From contig WJIU01000037.1 in assembly GCA_014730115.1 (NCBI GenBank), positions 422-64,421 of the forward strand: a stretch of DNA of 64,000 nucleotides, given 5' to 3'. Numbering within the stretch: the first letter of the stretch is position 1; each line of letters starts with the position of its first letter. The translations under genes and the position numbers were made by a program. Below are positions 60,466 through 64,000 of the stretch, piece after piece. The notes under the pieces are model-generated. The model ran no database searches. It saw nothing but the letters and a program-made list of their open reading frames with translations, and was not told the DNA's origin. Source of the stretch: Candidatus Micrarchaeota archaeon (lineage in GTDB: Archaea > Micrarchaeota > Micrarchaeia > Anstonellales > Bilamarchaeaceae).

Positions 60466-60660
60466 TTACTCCCTTACCACATAATAAATCATGTACAGTG
60501 CGGCAAGGCCGACTACAACATATACGACCTTTGCCAGAATTGGTATGGAACCAAACAGAAGCTGGACCAGGTCCAGTTCAAGTGCCCCTACCAGTCCCCA
60601 ATTCAGGCCGCCAATGATAACCAGTACCATGGCCAACAGGTCGACCGGATTTTTTTCCAT
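60466..60660 (-). CDS. DUF378 small membrane protein
   Basis: VLVIIGGLNWGLVGALELDLVQLLFG. Confidence 0.75.
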   Translation of the reverse strand: MEKNPVDLLAMVLVIIGGLNWGLVGALELDLVQLLFGSIPILAKVVYVVVGLAALYMIYYVVRE

Positions 60661-60792
60661 TGTTTATCACCTCAATATGCATGGTTGAATGACGAATCCC
60701 GCAATCCGTTTATAAATATTTGGGCAGGTTTTCGTACGATTGTCTGAATTAGGTAGGTTTATTGACTAAAGTACAACGCCAATTACAACAAT

Positions 60793-61191
60793 TCAGAGCA
60801 GTGCCCGTATTTTTTCTGCTATTTCTGCCAGCTCTTCCGGGTCGGCCTTTTTTGCATTTGAACTGTCAAGCTCCCCAGGATTTTCAATGGGAACCAGGTG
60901 GACATGGGCATGCGGCACAAGCAGGCCTTCGACCACAATGCCAACGCGCTTTGCGCCGGTGGCCCCCCTCAGCGGCCCGGAAAGACTTTTTGCGGCCCTG
61001 AACAATCCGGAATACAGGGGCTCTTCTATGTCGAAAATATAGTCCTGGTGCTGTTTGGGGATGAGCAGGGTGTGGCCCTTCCTGACCGGATTTATGTCAA
61101 GGAATGCATAGAAGTTTTCATCCTCCCAGATTTTCTCGGACGAAATTTCCTTTCTGATAATCTTGCAGAATATGCAGTCTTCCATAGCCAA
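60793..61191 (-). CDS. HIT-family (histidine triad) protein
   Basis: CIFCKII and the histidine triad VPHAHVHLVP. Confidence 0.9.
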   Translation of the reverse strand: MAMEDCIFCKIIRKEISSEKIWEDENFYAFLDINPVRKGHTLLIPKQHQDYIFDIEEPLYSGLFRAAKSLSGPLRGATGAKRVGIVVEGLLVPHAHVHLVPIENPGELDSSNAKKADPEELAEIAEKIRALL

Positions 61192-61212
61192 AACACCTCA
61201 AATGGATTAAGC

Positions 61213-61638
61213 TCACAAGAATTTAAGCTGTAGCCTTTTGGCCTTGGGAATCATGCTCCTCACAGTGCCGCCTTTCAGGAAACCGCATCCCAGGGGCGTG
61301 TCCTGATAAGAAACAAGGACATATCCCTCTGTTGCTTCAGTCTCTCCGGCTTTAAGGTCCTGTCCGCCTGCAAATTTTTCTGCATCTTTCCTGGAAATCC
61401 TTACAATATTCCTGGTGGCATGCCTTCCCAGCAGCTGCAGGATTGCTGTGGTAGGCTTAATTGCATTGCCGGTCCTGGCAGCAAGTATTCCTACAGAGAC
61501 CGGCTCCGGCCTGGGGATGGTTGTTTCCGGCCCCACGTATATCCTTCCCCTGCTGGCCGCATAAAGGCTGAAGGTCTGGAAGCACGACGGCGGAATGCCA
61601 AACCTCTCCCGGAAGTAATGCAAAATCTCTTTTTTCAT
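61213..61638 (-). CDS. stand-alone RsmF-C-terminal / PUA-like domain protein (paralog of 37204..37632)
   Basis: GYVLVSYQDTPLGCGFLKGGTVRSMIPKAKRL tail. Collinear with the 37204 product. Start overlaps the upstream Nsun stop (ATGA). Confidence 0.6.
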   Translation of the reverse strand: MKKEILHYFRERFGIPPSCFQTFSLYAASRGRIYVGPETTIPRPEPVSVGILAARTGNAIKPTTAILQLLGRHATRNIVRISRKDAEKFAGGQDLKAGETEATEGYVLVSYQDTPLGCGFLKGGTVRSMIPKAKRLQLKFL

Positions 61639-62558
61639 TTTCCCACCCGGGCCATAAAGAAGCCCCCTGTATTGTTGTGGTGGGGCCAGACCCTAATGCA
61701 ATTTTTTATCTTTTCTGAAAAGGTCTCCCCTCTCCATTCCTGCAAGGGGTCAGAGAGCCTGAAACCAGGCACATCAATTTCCTCCAGCCGGGCAGGCCGT
61801 TTTTCCACAAGATGGTTCACCACCGATTCGTTTTCCTCAGGGGCAAAGGTGCAGGTTGAATACACCATTAAACCTCCCGGAGACATCAGATCAAAGGCCT
61901 TTACAATCAGCTGCTTCTGCAGGCTGGAGAGCTTTTTTATGTGCCTTTCCGACCACATTTCAGAAATCCCGCAGCTCTTCCTTATCGTTCCCTCCGCGGA
62001 GCAGGGGGCATCCAGAAGGACGATGTCAAAATTATGCTGCGGGAAATTTCTGAGGTCAAGGTTGGTTATCACCATGTTTGCCGCCCCTGTCTTTTCCTGA
62101 TTGAATTTCAGTGCCTTGATTCTGCTGTAGGAAACATCATTGGCAACTATCAGCCCCATGTTTCCCATTATGGCAGCCATCTGTGTTGCCTTGGAGCCCG
62201 GCGCAGCGCAGCCGTCCAGAACATTTTTTGCTTTCATCAAATCTTTTCGGAGAACTACCGGCGGAAGCATGGAGACCAGCTCCTGCATGTATATCTCTCC
62301 GGTAAAATGCTCAAGCGTGGAGCCCACATCAGGCTCGGCGGAAACAAATGCATCCCGGTACCAGGGAACCTGCTTTATTTCAAAACCATAGCCCTCAAAC
62401 CTTTCCACGACGTGCTTTCGCCCCGATTTGAGGGTGTTCACCCGGAAGGACCTTGGCTGCATTGAGCCAAGGCAGGAAAAAAATGCCTCCGGGTCGTCAA
62501 CCAAAGAGGCATACCTCTGCCTGAAAACCTTGGGAATGCCGGTAACCATGGTGCTCAT
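61635..62558 (-). CDS. NOL1/NOP2/Sun-family RNA cytosine-C5 methyltransferase (second copy)
   Basis: DGCAAPGSKATQMA, LLDAPCSAEGT and YSTCTFAPEENE. Confidence 0.85.
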   Translation of the reverse strand: MSTMVTGIPKVFRQRYASLVDDPEAFFSCLGSMQPRSFRVNTLKSGRKHVVERFEGYGFEIKQVPWYRDAFVSAEPDVGSTLEHFTGEIYMQELVSMLPPVVLRKDLMKAKNVLDGCAAPGSKATQMAAIMGNMGLIVANDVSYSRIKALKFNQEKTGAANMVITNLDLRNFPQHNFDIVLLDAPCSAEGTIRKSCGISEMWSERHIKKLSSLQKQLIVKAFDLMSPGGLMVYSTCTFAPEENESVVNHLVEKRPARLEEIDVPGFRLSDPLQEWRGETFSEKIKNCIRVWPHHNNTGGFFMARVGK

Positions 62559-63070
62559 CCTTTCCTTATATTGAACCCTTTATAGACAACAAGCCGGTCA
62601 ATCATGTGGCTGAATATTGCCTCCTGCTTTTCCCTGTCTTTTTCCGGAGCCGACCAGGAAAGAGAAACAACAATATCACCATTGTAGAACATTACTCCCC
62701 CTCCAAAGTATTCCCTGCCTTCCGAATAATAGGAATACTCCCTTTTGAATGCAGGCATGCCCCTGAAAGTAGTTTTTCTTGCAGTGGCCAGTATTCCGGC
62801 GGTGGGGCTCTCAAGCTCCTTTTTTGCATATTTTCTGAAATCAAAGTCTAAAGGAAGAGAGGCGTCCACTGAAATGGTAAATGTGCTTTTCTTGGACTCA
62901 AACTGTACGGTGTACTTGCCTTCCACCACTGCAATGTCCCTGTCGAATTTCCATTTCTTTGGGTAGAAAATCTCAAAGTTTCCGAGAGGGTCCATGAATC
63001 TTGAGAACACAACCTTTTCCGGGCCGAAGAAAAGGCTGCGGATGATGTCAAAGACATCAATTCTCTGCAA
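62555..63070 (-). CDS. hypothetical protein (171 aa), beta-rich
   Basis: ATG ORF overlapping its neighbours by 4 and 14 nt, so it belongs to an operon. No firm motif. Confidence 0.55.
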   Translation of the reverse strand: MQRIDVFDIIRSLFFGPEKVVFSRFMDPLGNFEIFYPKKWKFDRDIAVVEGKYTVQFESKKSTFTISVDASLPLDFDFRKYAKKELESPTAGILATARKTTFRGMPAFKREYSYYSEGREYFGGGVMFYNGDIVVSLSWSAPEKDREKQEAIFSHMIDRLVVYKGFNIRKG

Positions 63071-63794
63071 TCCAGACCACCTCGCCCGGCTCGCCTTTAA
63101 AGGGTATATAGTCGAAACCCCAGTACGCCTTGATGTTTTTGTATCCGCACTCCTTGAGCATTTCCCCCAGCTCTTTCATCTTTACAAGATGGATGTCCAT
63201 TTCATAGGTATGCTTTTCCCCGCCGGCAAGCCTGAGCACAACCCTGTAATGCGCCATTCTGCCAACCGGTTCATATTGGAGATGCCAGTCGATGGTGTAT
63301 CTTTCGCCTTCGGGTGTTTCAAGATGCTCGGTTTCAAAATGATGATATTCACCTTGCATTGAAAGGTCCTCTTCCAAGGGCTTGTACACGTGCAGGATCA
63401 GCCTTCCTCCGGGCTCAAGGTGCTTTTTCAGGTTCAGCAGTGCCTTCTCCATGTCGCTCTTGTTCTTAAGGTGAAGAAAAGTCCGGTAGGGGAGAATTAT
63501 TAGCTGAAATCTGTCATCAAGGCTGAAATCCAGCATGTCTGCACAGGACACCCTTGGCTCCAGGCCCTTTTTTTCAGCCTTTTCTTTCAGCACAGCAAGC
63601 ATTTCAGGCGAAGAATCCAGACCCTGGGCATCAATGCCCTCTTCCAGAAGATGGAGCAGAATCCTGCCGGTGCCGCAGCCGACTTCCAAAACCTTTCCCC
63701 TTGCATTCCTGGCCTCGTTCATGTAATATTCAAGGTCTGCAAGGTCGCCATATATCAGGTCGTAGCGCCGGGCCATTTCATCGTATATTTCCAT
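63057..63794 (-). CDS. class I SAM-dependent methyltransferase
   Basis: YDLIY...VLEVGCGTGRILLHLLEEG (motif I). ATG at 63794; the track start at 63857 is GTG. Confidence 0.8.
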   Translation of the reverse strand: MEIYDEMARRYDLIYGDLADLEYYMNEARNARGKVLEVGCGTGRILLHLLEEGIDAQGLDSSPEMLAVLKEKAEKKGLEPRVSCADMLDFSLDDRFQLIILPYRTFLHLKNKSDMEKALLNLKKHLEPGGRLILHVYKPLEEDLSMQGEYHHFETEHLETPEGERYTIDWHLQYEPVGRMAHYRVVLRLAGGEKHTYEMDIHLVKMKELGEMLKECGYKNIKAYWGFDYIPFKGEPGEVVWIAEN

Positions 63795-63863
63795 TGGGTA
63801 AATGCAGTAGGTAATGTAATAAATAACTTCAGGTAATTCATAACCGTGTACCTTCACATTGAC

Positions 63864-64000
63864 ATGGATTATTTCTATGCCCAGGTGGAAGAAAAAAGAA
63901 GGCCAATGGCAGAAGGGAAAATAATCGTCGTCTGCATGTACAGCGGACGCTCTGAGGATTCCGGGGCTGTTGCAACGGTCAATTATGCGGGAAGGGAAGC
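63864..64000 (+). CDS. 5' end of a gene cut by the window edge
   Basis: The ATG at 63864 (or 63906, MAEGKIIVVC...) is open to the end of the window. Divergent from the methyltransferase operon. Confidence 0.3.
   Translation, partial: MDYFYAQVEEKRRPMAEGKIIVVCMYSGRSEDSGAVATVNYAGRE

Noticed and set aside
1-64000. tRNA, rRNA, RNase P / SRP RNA, CRISPR, IS elements
   Set aside because: I scanned the intergenic gaps by eye for T-loop-like GGTTCGAATCC-type boxes, long structured GC-rich stretches, regular repeat-spacer patterns and terminal inverted repeats. None was found. Absence by eye is not proof.

Overview
Dense 64-kb chromosomal window with about 90 coding regions. I found no rRNA, tRNA, CRISPR array, transposase or integrase. 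The organism looks like an uncultivated archaeon. Evidence: TTTATAA-type boxes 25-50 nt upstream of many starts, often as AGGTT(T)ATAA; GGTGA/GGAGGTG ribosome-binding sites; a 455-aa RNase J; a form III RuBisCO; an AglB-like WWDYG domain; secreted proteins with N-x-S/T-rich acidic linkers; many tiny zinc-ribbon ORFs. There is also a large bacterial-type component: GHPDK-type MetK, two CspA-like proteins, MscL, UvdE, TspO and lipobox signal peptides. A bacterial (CPR-like) origin therefore cannot be excluded from sequence alone. Recognisable housekeeping genes: RNase J, MsrA/MsrB, SufB-SufD divergent from SufC-SufS-SufU, RuBisCO large subunit, MetK, glutamate dehydrogenase, two Nsun-type RNA m5C methyltransferases, MscS/MscL, and a UvdE / flavin reductase / photolyase block. 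The ORF track uses a 60-aa cutoff and hides several convincing 45-52-aa genes (zinc ribbons, a small lipoprotein). Many long track ORFs are antisense shadows or N-terminal over-extensions. Items most worth a second look: (1) An AT-richer block at about 47.5-53.1 kb. Nearly every gene boundary there carries a GAAAT(A/T)CTAAAAG / TTAGAAATTCTAA motif in one chromosomal orientation. The block also holds a perfect 20-bp direct repeat and a 540-bp non-coding region with inverted GTAAAC(C/T)(A/G)G repeats beside an AT-rich core, which resembles an origin or iteron cluster. (2) A translationally coupled pair: a divergent carbamoyltransferase-fold protein and a protein with only a PEP-utilizer phosphohistidine swivel domain, sitting behind an amidohydrolase. 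(3) A soluble lipoprotein with an STT3/AglB WWDYG domain but no membrane core. (4) Tandem paralogs built from repeated wHTH-like modules. (5) Split RsmF-like methyltransferase plus PUA-like gene pairs, present twice. (6) A zinc-ribbon protein with a histone-H1-like lysine tail next to a GC-rich beta-rich / transglutaminase-like secreted protein. All functional calls come from motifs read by eye. No database search was run.
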